Shown here: in pieces, positions 1 through 10,598 of the stretch
Position numbering within the stretch: the stretch's first letter is position 1
Layout of the letters: the number at the start of each line of letters is the position of its first letter
Source: an uncultured delta proteobacterium
GTDB taxonomy: Bacteria; Desulfobacterota; Zymogenia; Zymogenales; Zymogenaceae
Assembly (NCBI GenBank): GCA_963792965.1
Contig: CAWBYW010000007.1
Coordinates: 576,001-640,000, forward strand
Length of the DNA: 64,000 bases
Direction of reading: 5' to 3'
Notes under the pieces: model-generated
What the model saw: the letters and a program-made list of their open reading frames with translations, nothing else
Database searches by the model: none
What the model was told of the DNA's origin: nothing
Translations under genes and position numbers: made by a program

Positions 1-3000
1 TCTCGGGGAGGTCATCGGAAAGAGAGAGTCTGCACATCGATATTGTTTACCTTCAAGATCATATTCCCTGAGCTTGATGCGATTCCATCAGAATATCGTT
101 GATATTGATCATCTTCCGTTCCGGCTTGTGTTCCCGGGCGAACGCCAGTAGGCCGCCGACGATCTTTGACGATCGTATCGATTCCTTCAGGATAACGTTG
201 AGTTTGTTTTTGATGTCCTCGGGCACATCCCGTTTTGCAAGCAGCTGCGCGTTTCCGATGATAGCGGTGAGCGGGTTGTTGAGCTCGTGGGCCACGCCGG
301 AGATCATCGTGCCCACGGCGGAAAGCTTTTCGGTCTGCAGGAGCTGCAGCTCCATCTTCTTCTTTTCGGTGATGTCTTTTGCGGATCCGAAAAAGCCGAT
401 GGGATTGCCGTGACCGTCCCTTAATAGGCTTACCGTCACCAATGCATCGATTATCCCGCCGTCTTTCTTCCTCATTCTGATCTCTTGGTTCAGCATGTAG
501 CCGTTTCTAAGAACCTCGGTAATCAGCTTCTGTCTGTCTTCCGGGTCCTCATAGAGATCACCCATTCGTATACCGGGGATCTCCTCGAGAGAATACCCGA
601 AAAACTCCCGAGCGGCATCGTTGGCGTCGATAACTTTCCCTTCGAGGTTAGAGATGGAGAGAAAGTCCCGGGAGGTCCGAAAAAGGTTGCGGAACTTCTC
701 TTCGGATTCTCTCAGCGCTTCCTCCGCCTTCTTGCGGTCGGTGATGTCCTGTGCAAAACCTGCCAGGGCGACCACATTGTTGTTTTCGTCAAAAACTGGT
801 ATCTTATCCGTCTGTATCCATCTCGGGCCGATCGGGGATTCATGTTGCTCTATTATGTCAAGTTTGGGGAAGCCTGATTTTATAACCTCTTGGTCGTCAC
901 GTGTCATGCCTTCGGCGACCTTTCGAGAGAAAAGATCGAAAACCGTCTTTCCTACAATTTCCTCTTCGGTCTTCTCAAGACCCATGGCAAATCTCTTATT
1001 GACACGTATGAATTTCCCTTCTGTATCGGTATAGAAGATTATAGTTGGCGATGAGTCGAGGATGAGCAGAATATCCTGCCGTTCCTTTTTCAGCGCCTCC
1101 TCCGCATCTTTTCGCTCAGTGATGTCCTGTGCAAAACCTACCAGGCCGATCACGCTGTTATTTCCGCCATAAATTGGTATCTTATCCGTCTGTACCCATC
1201 GTATGCCACCCGCGGATTCATAGTACTCTATTATGTTTAGCTTAGGTCGGCCCGATTCTATAACCTCCTGGTCGTCGACTTTCATCCTTTCGGCAACCTC
1301 GCGAGAGTATAAGTCAAGAACCGTCTTTCCCATGATTTCTTCTTGGGTCATCTTAAGCGACTCGGCAAAGGTCTTGTTGACTCTTACGAATGTCCCTTCT
1401 CTATCTTTATAGAATATTATGACCGGCGATGAATCAAGGATGAGTAAAATGTCCTGCCGTTCTTTCTTCAGCGCTTCCTCCATTCGCCTACGTTCGCTGA
1501 TATCCCGGGCGATGCCGAAAAAGCCCGTCGGCTCACCCGATTTGTTCCGCTTAAGCGATATGGAGGTCTCTATATCTATCGCCATCCCGTCTTTTCTGAT
1601 GAGCCGCCAGTCTGCGGTCTTGGCGGGAATCCCCGTCCGGAATACCTCATTAAACGTCAAAGAGACCTTCTTGGCAATTTTTTTGGCCATATACCGCCGA
1701 TAGTTGAGCCCCACCATCTCTTCTTGATCATACCCGAGCATCTTCCTCATGGACTCGTTGAAGGACGTGAAACTCCCCTTGAGATCGACCTCAAAATAAC
1801 CATCCTCAATGGTATGGAGGATCGTCCGATGCCTTTCCTCGCTCTCCCTCAGCGCCTCCTCGGCCTGCCTTTCCCCGGTAATGTCGGTCAACATACCTGT
1901 CATCCCGACGTGATGGCCGTCCCTCTCAATGGGTCGGCTTGAAGTTCGAACATAATGAATAGAACCATTTTTGTCTATCATTCTGAATTCGTAGGGACGT
2001 AAAGCGCCGCCTAAAGTTTCCATGCGGCTTTGCATGACACCCGGAAGGTCATCAGGATGGATGTATTCAGCAAATGACTTTCCGATAATTTCTTCGGCAC
2101 GGTAGCCGAAAATACTCTCGGCGACAGGGCTCATATAGGTGATATTCCCCTGCGCGTCGAGGTTGAAAACAACATCATTGAGATTTTCCACAAGCAAACG
2201 GTATTTTTCCTCGCTTCTGCGAAGCAATTTGTTTGCTCTAACCATATATCTCGTTTTCGCCCTAACTTGCACGCGAAGAAGCTGAATAATCCCGACCGAT
2301 AGAAAAAGGAACCCCCCGGTGACGATGATAATCCAGATAAAATAACGCGGCACAACCTGAACCGGGGGTTTTTCCATCCAGCGAGCCAGTGTCTTGTAAT
2401 AGTAGGAATCGGGCTGGCTTCGCCACACAGTCAAATTACGGTCGATGGCGTCAAGAAGCTCGGGATTGCGCCCCTGGGCGGTCGCGAAATATAGCGACGA
2501 CGGGTTAAAGATAATGGGAGTCCTGGTCAGCCCATACTTTTGGAATATATAGTCTCCAATGAAATGGTTGGAAAGCACCGCGTCGGCATAGCCATGAGCC
2601 GCCAGCATGAACGCTTCCTCGTATGTTTTAGCCTCAACGAACGTCACCTTGAATCCAAACCCGTTCATCATCTGCTGGAAAATTTCCTCTTGAATCCCCT
2701 CCTTAAGCACCGCGATCCGCCGTCCGTTCAAGTCGGACAGTGTTTCCACCCGAGTCGATGAGTTGGCATACACCTGCGACCAGCTATCCACAACCGGAGT
2801 CTGATGAAAATCATACTTCTTGTTGCGCTCCCGCGAATACGCGACATCGGGCATCAGGTCAATCCGATGTTCTTCAAGAGCCTCAAGACAGTCAGGCCAT
2901 TCACACGGAATATATACCAGGTTCCACTTCTCTTTCTTGGCAATCTCGTTAAGAAGATCGACGAAGATACCTGAAGGGAGACCTTTTTCATCAATAAAGA

Positions 3001-3316
3001 CCTTTGGAGGGTTTTGGTATAGACCAACACGCACCGTGCGGGTGTAGAGCCCGTCGTTATTGATTTCGACCTGATCGTCTCGACGATATTCTCCCGGTGG
3101 TATAGCATTATTGATCCCCGTTTCGAGATCTGAGGAAATCAGGTTCGGCGCGTTTTGGTCGATCGCAAGAAGGCTGGTTTGATTATTTTCCCAAAGGTGG
3201 GTTTCCCGAGCTAAACATGGCGGGCTGCTGTCGACCTGAAAGGCCACGATTGCCATCAATATGGCGGTTATCAGCCGGGAGAGGACTGAGAGGATTAGCT
3301 TCTTCTCGCTGCCCAT
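1..3316 (-). CDS. Membrane sensor histidine kinase: periplasmic solute-binding domain, TM helix, about 5 PAS/PAC domains and HisKA; runs off the left edge
   Basis: 1085-aa ORF with SBP-like region (VRVGLYQNPPKVF), TM (YFIWIIIVTGGFLFLSVGII), repeated PAS ends (DITERK) and H-box GVAHELNNPL. The stop at 59 looks like a frameshift: other frames continue KLREYDL/KVNNIDVQ/SDDLPE, typical of the start of HATPase_c. Confidence 0.9.
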
Positions 3317-3745
3317 CGCTGCCCCTTCTCTTGTGAAGCCCGGGTTCGTTTCATTCGCTATTCACGGCTAACGGTACGCATAGTCCTCAGCGGGCCTGCT
3401 GTGGGCCGGCAATTATGGTTTCGACGCCGTTTCATCAGCGGAAGGCCCAAAACCGCCGCACGCATCCCTGCAACACGGCCGAAAAGCTATCACGGCCTGG
3501 TTAAGCATTCGTTGTATTAATCTTAGGGGCTTGTATTATAACAAGGTGAGACGGAATGGTCAAATTCATAATACTACTGTCCGGAGACAGGCTAATAAAG
3601 CGGACTATGAAAGTCTGGTTTTGTTTTTCTGGAAGATGGTGGCGGTGGCGTTACTATCGAAAGAGTCCCAGGATATCTCTGCGATTTTTGATTAGCGCGT
3701 CAATAGAGTAGACATACGGCCCGACGAGGCCCCAAACCCTCTTCG

Positions 3746-4907
3746 TTACTTGATCGGGTACTTCCCCTCCTCCTTCGCCGTCTCCAGCATGATCTTGATC
3801 TTGCTCACGTCCATGTCCGGGTGGTCGTGGACGGGGCCGATGATGAACCGCCCGCCGGGGCCGCAGAGCTTGATGAGCCGCCTCACCTCGTCCCGCACCT
3901 CCTCGGGCTTTGAGCGCGTGGTCAGGATGTAGTCGATCCCCACGCCGCCGACGATGGTGAATTTATCGCCGTGGACCTTCTTTTCGTGGGCGATATCGAC
4001 GGTGGAAGTGTTCTCGTAGGCGTGGCCGCCGTCAAACCCCCACTTGATGAAGAGGTCAAAGAGCTTCGTGTTGTCCCCGCAGGAGTGCAGCAGGATCTTC
4101 CCGCCCCGGTCGTGCACCGCCTTGCAGAGCCTCGTATAGATGGGCCCGAAGAGCTCGTCGACGACCGCCGGGTTCACCATCGGGCCGGTCTTGTAGGAAA
4201 AGTCGTCGCCTTTCAGAATCACCTTGATGCCCGCGTCCATCGCCGCCATATGGGTATCGAAGACGTATTTGTCGTTATAGGCGATGAGCTTCTTGAGATA
4301 GTCCGATCGTTTCTTGAGGTTTACCGACATGGACGGAAAACCCATCATCTGGATCAGCATCTCAAAGGCCCCGCTGGCGACGTCGCGCCATGAGGCAGAT
4401 CCTGTCGCCGTATCTCTTGAGGGCGTCCTTATAGAAGGTATAGGCCATCCGGGAGAGCTCCCCGATGTCCTGGTGGTAGGGCCATGCCTCGTAGGCCTCG
4501 GGCGTGGGGATGGCCGGGCCCCGGAACATGAAGTACATGTTTCCGTAGCCGTCGTCGACCCAGTCCATGTAGCAGCCGATCGTCTTGGCCAGGGTCTTGC
4601 TGTCCCAGACCATGATCGTGGCCTCGTAGCTTACCCAGTCGGAGTCAAAGCCGAGCTCGATGGCCGCCTCGATCCTCTTTCTGAACCCTCCCGCGGTGAA
4701 GGGGTCGGCAAGGATCTTCTTGAGGTGTTTTCCCCAGTGATCGGTGATGAAGCGGGAGAAGGGGTTCATGAAGATCGTCTTGGCCGAGACCAGCGGCTTT
4801 CCGAAGACCTGCTGGACGGGCCAGTCGTCGAGGCTTGCCGAAAAGGTCGGGATCCGGTCGACCGGCTTTCCCTCGATCTGCCTGAAGATGCGCTCGGTGG
4901 GGTCCAT
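3746..4907 (-). CDS. URO-D/MtaA-CmuA superfamily protein, copy 1 (frameshift near 4360)
   Basis: ORFs 4362..4907 and 3746..4360 join. Motifs DRIPTF, GDDFSYKTGPM, LLHSCG and GGRFIIGP. Confidence 0.8.
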
Positions 4908-4938
4908 GATATGCGTTCCTTATTGCGTTCGATAAATA

Positions 4939-6108
4939 TTACGTCCTGATCGGATATTTCCCGTGCTCCCACACCGTCTCGAGCATGACCTTCACCTTTC
5001 CCATGTCCATGTCCGGGTGATCGTGGACGGGGCCGATGAGAAACCTCCCGCCGGGTCCGCAGGCCGAGAGCAGTTTTCTCGTCTCGGTCACCACTTCCTC
5101 GGGCTTTGGAGCGGGGCGTCAATAGGTAGTCCACCCCCACCCCGCCGACGATGGTGAAGCGGTCGCCGTGGATTTTCTTTTCGTTGAAGATGTCCACGTT
5201 GCTCGTGTTTTCATAGGCGTGGCCGCCGTCAAACCCCCATTTGATGAAGAGATCGAACATCTTCGTGTTGTCGCCGCACGAGTGCAAGCAGGATCCGCCC
5301 GCCCCGGTCGTGCACGGCCTTGGTGATGCGCCGGTACGACGGCCCGAAGAGCTCATCGGCAAGCATGGGGTTCATCATCGGCCCGGTCTTGAAGGCGAAG
5401 TCGTCTCCGTCGAATATCACCTTTACCCCCGCGTCCATCATCGCCATGTTCGTCCTCATGACGAGCGCCTCGAGATAGGCGATGAATTTGCCCACCATCT
5501 CCGGCTCCTTCCTGATGAAGACCGGCATCCGCTCGAACCCGAATGACCAGAGGAGCGTCTCGTGGATGCCGAAGGCCGACTGTCCGAGGATGCAGATCTT
5601 ATCCCCGTGTTTTGCGACGCAGGCGCTTGAAAAAGCCGTGGGTCTCGTGGGCCAGGTCGTCGAGGTCCGGGAAGTGGGGCCAGTCGTAGTAGTCTTTGGG
5701 TGACCGAAAACCCGGCCCTCGGTACATGTACCAGGCGTTGCCGTGCCCGTCATTCACGATGTCGTAAAACGACCCGGTCACGCGCGCCATCTTGGTGCCG
5801 TCCCAAAGCATCAGCATCCGCTCAAAGAGGCCCACAACCGAGTCGAAACCAAGCGTCACCGCGGCGCGGACGCTCTTTTCCATCATGACGTCCATAATCG
5901 GGTAAAGCAGCAGCCCCGACATCCTCTTCCCCCACCGGTCCATGACAAAGCGGGTGACGGGGTTCATCATGAGGGCGGCGGAGCCGAACTTCTCTTTGCC
6001 GAGCACCTGCTGAACCGGCCAGTAGTCGAGATAGTAGGAAAAGGTCGGGACCCGGTCGATTTCCTTGCCGTCGATAGCGGAGATAACTCTCTGGGTGGGA
6101 TCCATCAT
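4939..6108 (-). CDS. URO-D/MtaA-CmuA superfamily protein, copy 2 (several frameshifts)
   Basis: Fragments 5599..6108, 5229..5753 and 4766..5362 carry DRVPTF, GDDFAFKTGPM and LHSCGDNTKMFDLFIKWGFDGGHAYEN, near-identical to copy 1. C-terminus ...GKYPIRT* ends at 4939. Confidence 0.75.
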
Positions 6109-6203
6109 GACCGTCGCTCCTTTATCTGATAATAAGAGGGGATGGCGCGACTTATTATAGGGGAAGCGATCGAAATTTCAAAATAAATTCTCTTGCCTTC
6201 TCA

Positions 6204-7088
6204 CTATTTTTCTAAGACGGAAAAATAGTGCTCGAAAAACCGCTCAGGGGCGACGTCCACGGCGACTTCGTGCCTGCCCTTCGGGTCCGGGAGCCAGAAG
6301 CTCATACCCTTTACCCAGTCGCTTTTCGTCTCGACGTCTATGACGTTGCCGGTCTCAAATCGGCAGATCGTATCGTCAAAAATCGTTGTGGCCGCCAGCG
6401 GGTCGTGAAACGTGATGACGTCCCTCCCCGTAAACCACACCTTGGCAAAATCGAGCACCGGCCGAAGGAGCGGCGCCGCGAATCGCTCCCTGACCTTCCC
6501 CGCATCCATCGTGACCTTCGTCGTGACGTCAAGCCCGATGATCCGGTGCGAGCCCACGGGGGTCTTGAAGACGATCGCCGCCGCGTGGGGGTCGAGCACC
6601 ATGTTCCATTCCACCGGGGGGAGCCCGGGAATCCGGTTGGTGAAGACCCCCGCCATCGAGACGATCCCCTTGAGCATCGCGGGTATCTCGGGATCGACGA
6701 GAAACAGCAACGCGACGTTGGTAAGGGGCCCGATCGTCAAGAGCGTGATCTGCCCGGGATGGGCCCGGATCGTCTTTCTCATGAACTCGACCGCCTCCCC
6801 TGCGGGGAACTCCGTGTCGTGTTTCCGGTCGCCCAGCATCGCCGCCTGGGGGGCCGTCGTCTGGACGGGGGCGACCATGAGCGGCATCTCCGCGCCGGGA
6901 TAGATCGGGATATTCTTTCCGGCGACCTTCGTGAGCGCCGAGGCCATCATGGCGCGCTTTGTGGCCTCCCCGGTCACCGTGGTGATGCCGAGAAGATCAC
7001 ACTCTTTGTTAGCCAGCAGATAGGCAAGACAGACGGCGTCGTCGATGTCGCTTCCGATGTCGGTGTCAAGGAGAATCTTTACGGACAT
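6204..7088 (-). CDS. Nucleoside hydrolase (IU-NH family)
   Basis: N-terminal DTDIGSDIDD, IGPLTNVA, EWN..DPHAA and FHDPLA. ATG at 7088 preceded by GAGGT. Confidence 0.9.
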   Translation of the reverse strand: MSVKILLDTDIGSDIDDAVCLAYLLANKECDLLGITTVTGEATKRAMMASALTKVAGKNIPIYPGAEMPLMVAPVQTTAPQAAMLGDRKHDTEFPAGEAVEFMRKTIRAHPGQITLLTIGPLTNVALLFLVDPEIPAMLKGIVSMAGVFTNRIPGLPPVEWNMVLDPHAAAIVFKTPVGSHRIIGLDVTTKVTMDAGKVRERFAAPLLRPVLDFAKVWFTGRDVITFHDPLAATTIFDDTICRFETGNVIDVETKSDWVKGMSFWLPDPKGRHEVAVDVAPERFFEHYFSVLEK

Positions 7089-7159
7089 GGCCACCTCGTT
7101 CTTTTGCACTCGGGGATAGCACCACATATCCCGGAAAGCCTTTCACCCCTCTCGAATCC

Positions 7160-8132
7160 TCACTTCCCGCTGCCGCCGGAGAGTTCCTCCCTTCGGACGG
7201 GCTGGATGCCGAGCCGATAATACTGAAGCGTTCCGGCCTCCACCGCCAGACGCGCGGCTTTGCCGATCTCCATCCCCTCGGCGATGAGCGCGGCCAGCAC
7301 GGCTGTCGTCTGGTCGCCGCAGCCGGTCTCGTCACGGTCCGTCCCCCCGTCTGCCTCCGGTACGGCGATATGGAGGGATTGCGTGTCCGTGAAGAGGTAG
7401 GCGCCGCGCGCCCCGTGGGTAATCATGACGTTCTTGATGCCGCGCCGGCGGAAGAACTCGGCGGCGCGCCCTGCCGCCTCAAGACCGTCCACGGTCACGC
7501 CGGTGATGAGGCGCGCCTCGTGCTCGTTGGGCTTGACAAGGAAGACCCTCTCATCGAGAAAATCGATGATATCCTCCGGCCCCCGTAATGCCGCCGGGAT
7601 CGATGACGACCTTGACGCCAGACGCGTGGGCCTTCCCGAGCGCGGAGGCGGCCGTTTCCCTCGGGATCTCCATGGCCATGACGAGCACCGCCCCACCTTT
7701 TGAGAAGAGTTTTTCAGCGGCCCCGATGTGTGCGGGCGAAAGGCTCTCGTTGACGCCCGGCAGGACATAGATCTGGTTATTGCCGTTTTTGTCGACCGGT
7801 ATCAGGGCGACGCCGGGAAACCGGGGGTTTTTCGGATCGAACGGGAGGATGTCGACGAAATCGGTCACGACGCCGGAATTCACGAGGGCATCATACGGGA
7901 TCCGCCAGAGCCCAAGGGGGTCCCTGACCGTGATCCCGATCATGGCGACCCGTCTCTTGCCGAGGAAGACCGACGCCATCTGGGCAATGTTCCTTGATTT
8001 TCCTCCCGGGCCGATCTTGAGCGTCCCACCGTAGGAAAGCTCTCCCTTCCCTATGATGCGGTCTACCCCAACTCCGATGATATCGGTATTGAGGCCTCCG
8101 GGGACGATGACGGCGATGTCGTGAATATTCAT
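7160..8132 (-). CDS. PfkB/ribokinase-family sugar kinase (frameshift near 7590)
   Basis: GGLNTD, PGGKSRNIA, VVIDPG, VKPNEHEA, ITHGARGA and DETGCGD across two ORFs. Confidence 0.85.
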
Positions 8133-8242
8133 GGCACAGAGCCCGGGGCCGCCGGGCCGTCTTCTCCACGTGCCGTAGTCCCCTGCTCTCGGGTCCGTGG
8201 GGACACGAACCACGGACGGGCGGACGACGGGTGACGCGCCGG

Positions 8243-8827
8243 CTACCTCTTGCTGAGCACGAAGAGGCAGGTTGTGTGCCCCATGGCCTTGCACTGCTCT
8301 TCAATCACCTGGTACTTCCCCTTTCCGAAGGAGAAGTCCGCCATGCACTGGAGCCCCCCGGCGTATTGTGAACAGAAGGGTTTCCCGCTCTTGACTCCCT
8401 CGCAGGTCAGGCAGTCGAAGACGTCCAGCGTCGGCAGTCCTTTCTCGTCGATGATGACCCTTCCCTTGTTAAGGACTGATTGGGAGAACTCGAAGCACTT
8501 CTTGATCTTCTCTTCGGCAGCGAGTTCATTGAGTGAGTCCAGGACGTGGTACCTCACCACGGCCGTCTCGACGTTCTTATACCCCATCTGCCTCAGTATT
8601 CCCTGGCTCCCCACCGCCCCCACGAGCTTGATCGTCTCGCGGTAGATAGCGGCCTGCTCGAGGTTTGTAAAGAGACGGTCGAAGGTATAGTCGGGCGGCG
8701 TGTCGAGGATGCGCTCCAGGCCGGCGTTGGTGAGGATCATTTTTCGGGCGTTTTCGCCCATGACCTCGCCGAGGCTGTCAAAAGCCGCCCGGACCGCCAT
8801 GCTCGTAACGGTTTTCTCTTCTTCCAT
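8243..8827 (-). CDS. Stand-alone V4R-domain protein
   Basis: 194 aa with C-terminal CLTC...KPFC...EEQCKAMGHTTCLF, the V4R Cys pattern. Confidence 0.75.
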   Translation of the reverse strand: MEEEKTVTSMAVRAAFDSLGEVMGENARKMILTNAGLERILDTPPDYTFDRLFTNLEQAAIYRETIKLVGAVGSQGILRQMGYKNVETAVVRYHVLDSLNELAAEEKIKKCFEFSQSVLNKGRVIIDEKGLPTLDVFDCLTCEGVKSGKPFCSQYAGGLQCMADFSFGKGKYQVIEEQCKAMGHTTCLFVLSKR

Positions 8828-8926
8828 TAACCCTTCTCCAATACTTAAGTAAGAGCGCGGTGATTTGACCGGATGTGTATGCTATCTGTCCGATTACAAA
8901 TATTGTGAGAAGGAATCGTTCCCCTT

Positions 8927-9325
8927 CTATACGCAGACCGCCACAATTGCGCCCATGACTATAAAGGCGACGAGATAGTATCCGACATTTATCAGATAAA
9001 GTAAGAACGATTTTCCTTCCCACAGGAAGGTGCCGATGTTCACGGTGGCCACAAACCCCAGCCAGATAAAGGCGCCGACCTCCGCGCCGGAAAGAGGGGT
9101 CGTTGCGCCGGCGATGTCGACGGCTATGGAAAGGGCATAGCTCATCACGATCGTCGAGATGAAACCGATGATGTAGCCTCGTACGGCCCCCTTCGGGTTG
9201 GTGATCCCCGAAAGCCTCATCCAGATCTTCCCGAAGGCAAGCGGGGAAAACCAGAAAGCCCCGATCACCATGGCAGCCGCAGCAGCAATGAGGGTCGCCC
9301 AGTGGTTGATGCAAATACCGGACAT
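8927..9325 (-). CDS. DUF1761-like four-TM membrane protein
   Basis: INHWATLIAA..IGAFWFSPLAFGKIWM, GAFIWLGFVA and YLINVGY. Confidence 0.75.
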   Translation of the reverse strand: MSGICINHWATLIAAAAAMVIGAFWFSPLAFGKIWMRLSGITNPKGAVRGYIIGFISTIVMSYALSIAVDIAGATTPLSGAEVGAFIWLGFVATVNIGTFLWEGKSFLLYLINVGYYLVAFIVMGAIVAVCV

Positions 9326-9534
9326 ATGAACCTCCCCATGAATTACCTGAATTGATCGGCACCGATAGGCTCAACGGCGGATGCTCGAACGACGCTGGCC
9401 TCGTTTTCCGTTATCCCTTCGTCTCGTACTCCCTACAAACCATTGCACATGATAAATGAACCCGATATCCTGACAATCTCGGGAAATGGCTCATTTCCCC
9501 TGCCGTCCTCTCAGAGACGGCGCGGCCGGACGTG

Positions 9535-10071
9535 CTACCGCGTGAGTTGTTTCTCCAGGACGCGGAAGAGAATCGGCGTCAGGACGCCCGCAACCACCGC
9601 CGATATGCCCGCCTGCGCGAGGTTAAAGGGAAATTCTGCGAGCGGCGGCGCCCAGTCGAGGCCGAATATGATATATTCCGCCCCGAAATAGCCGGCTACC
9701 ATCCAGGCGCCGGCCACGATAAAGGAGAGAAAAGACAAGAGGGCCCCCTTCCCCGACGTCAGGCTCGGCCTGACGGCCATGATGAGGAGGCCGGCGATAA
9801 GGCCTTCGAGCCCTTTGATCACAAGCGTCCAGGGAGCAAACTGCGCATATCCGCCGAGCACGTCGGCGACGGCCGATCCGATCCCTCCCGCGATCATACC
9901 AAAAAGCGGTCCGAAGAGGGCCGCCGCGATGAAGACGAGCGTGTCGCCGAGGTTGAAATAACCCGATGTAGCCGGAACCGGAACACGGATCGACATCGTC
10001 GCCACCACGATGAGCGCGGAAAAGAGGGCCAGGAAAGCCATTATTCGGGGAGTCAGGAATTTCTTTTTCAT
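9535..10071 (-). CDS. ECF transporter S component
   Basis: ALFSALIVVATMSIRVP..GYFNLGD..GGIGSAVAD..APWTLVIKGLEG; about 6 hydrophobic helices. Confidence 0.85.
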   Translation of the reverse strand: MKKKFLTPRIMAFLALFSALIVVATMSIRVPVPATSGYFNLGDTLVFIAAALFGPLFGMIAGGIGSAVADVLGGYAQFAPWTLVIKGLEGLIAGLLIMAVRPSLTSGKGALLSFLSFIVAGAWMVAGYFGAEYIIFGLDWAPPLAEFPFNLAQAGISAVVAGVLTPILFRVLEKQLTR

Positions 10072-10235
10072 GAATAGACCTTTCAGGAGGTAACAGTGAA
10101 ATGGTGTGCTCGTCGGTCAAAGGCGATTTTGATTATAGATATAAAAAATACAAAAGACAATAAAAAAGGACGGGACCTCCCGCCGGTCTCGGGCGGGGAC
10201 GCAGGAGCTTACGGGCCCGGCGCCGCGTGTGGGCC

Positions 10236-10469
10236 CTAATCGTAGCCCCGTTCTTTCTCCACGACCCGGATGGCGATCAGGCCGATATAGAGCTCCTTTA
10301 TCTCCGCCAGCGATACCACCTTCAGCGAATTGCGGAGACCGATCCCCCTGACCACCTGCTCCTTGAGCATACAGATATCCGTGGGGCCGAAGGCGGCCAG
10401 CTCATCGACTTTCGTGAGGATTTCCTTGTGATTGACTTTGATGAAGTTCTTGAGATTCTGCGTCTTCAT
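10236..10469 (-). CDS. Small hypothetical protein
   Basis: 77-aa ORF with GGAG RBS, followed by a hairpin and T-run (about 10160-10200 on the minus strand). Confidence 0.5.
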   Translation of the reverse strand: MKTQNLKNFIKVNHKEILTKVDELAAFGPTDICMLKEQVVRGIGLRNSLKVVSLAEIKELYIGLIAIRVVEKERGYD

Positions 10470-10598
10470 GCGTGGGCTCCGTTTTTTAATATACCACCTA
10501 TCTCAGGCCAAATCAATGGCAAATGGCGGACGCGTGCCGTCGCCGAGGTCGGAGCAAAAGGCTTGAAAAGCCGTCGCCTTTCTGATACCCTTATTGTC

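Noticed and set aside
3415-3460. Hammerhead-ribozyme-like core on the minus strand (CTGATGA...GAAAC)
   Set aside because: Stem II would be only about 2 bp and stem I does not pair. The region is better explained as an attC-like palindrome.
10072-10235. Riboswitch upstream of the ECF S component
   Set aside because: A TATAAT-containing promoter lies only about 60 nt from the start codon and no aptamer consensus is visible. The GC hairpin further upstream fits a terminator of the preceding ORF.
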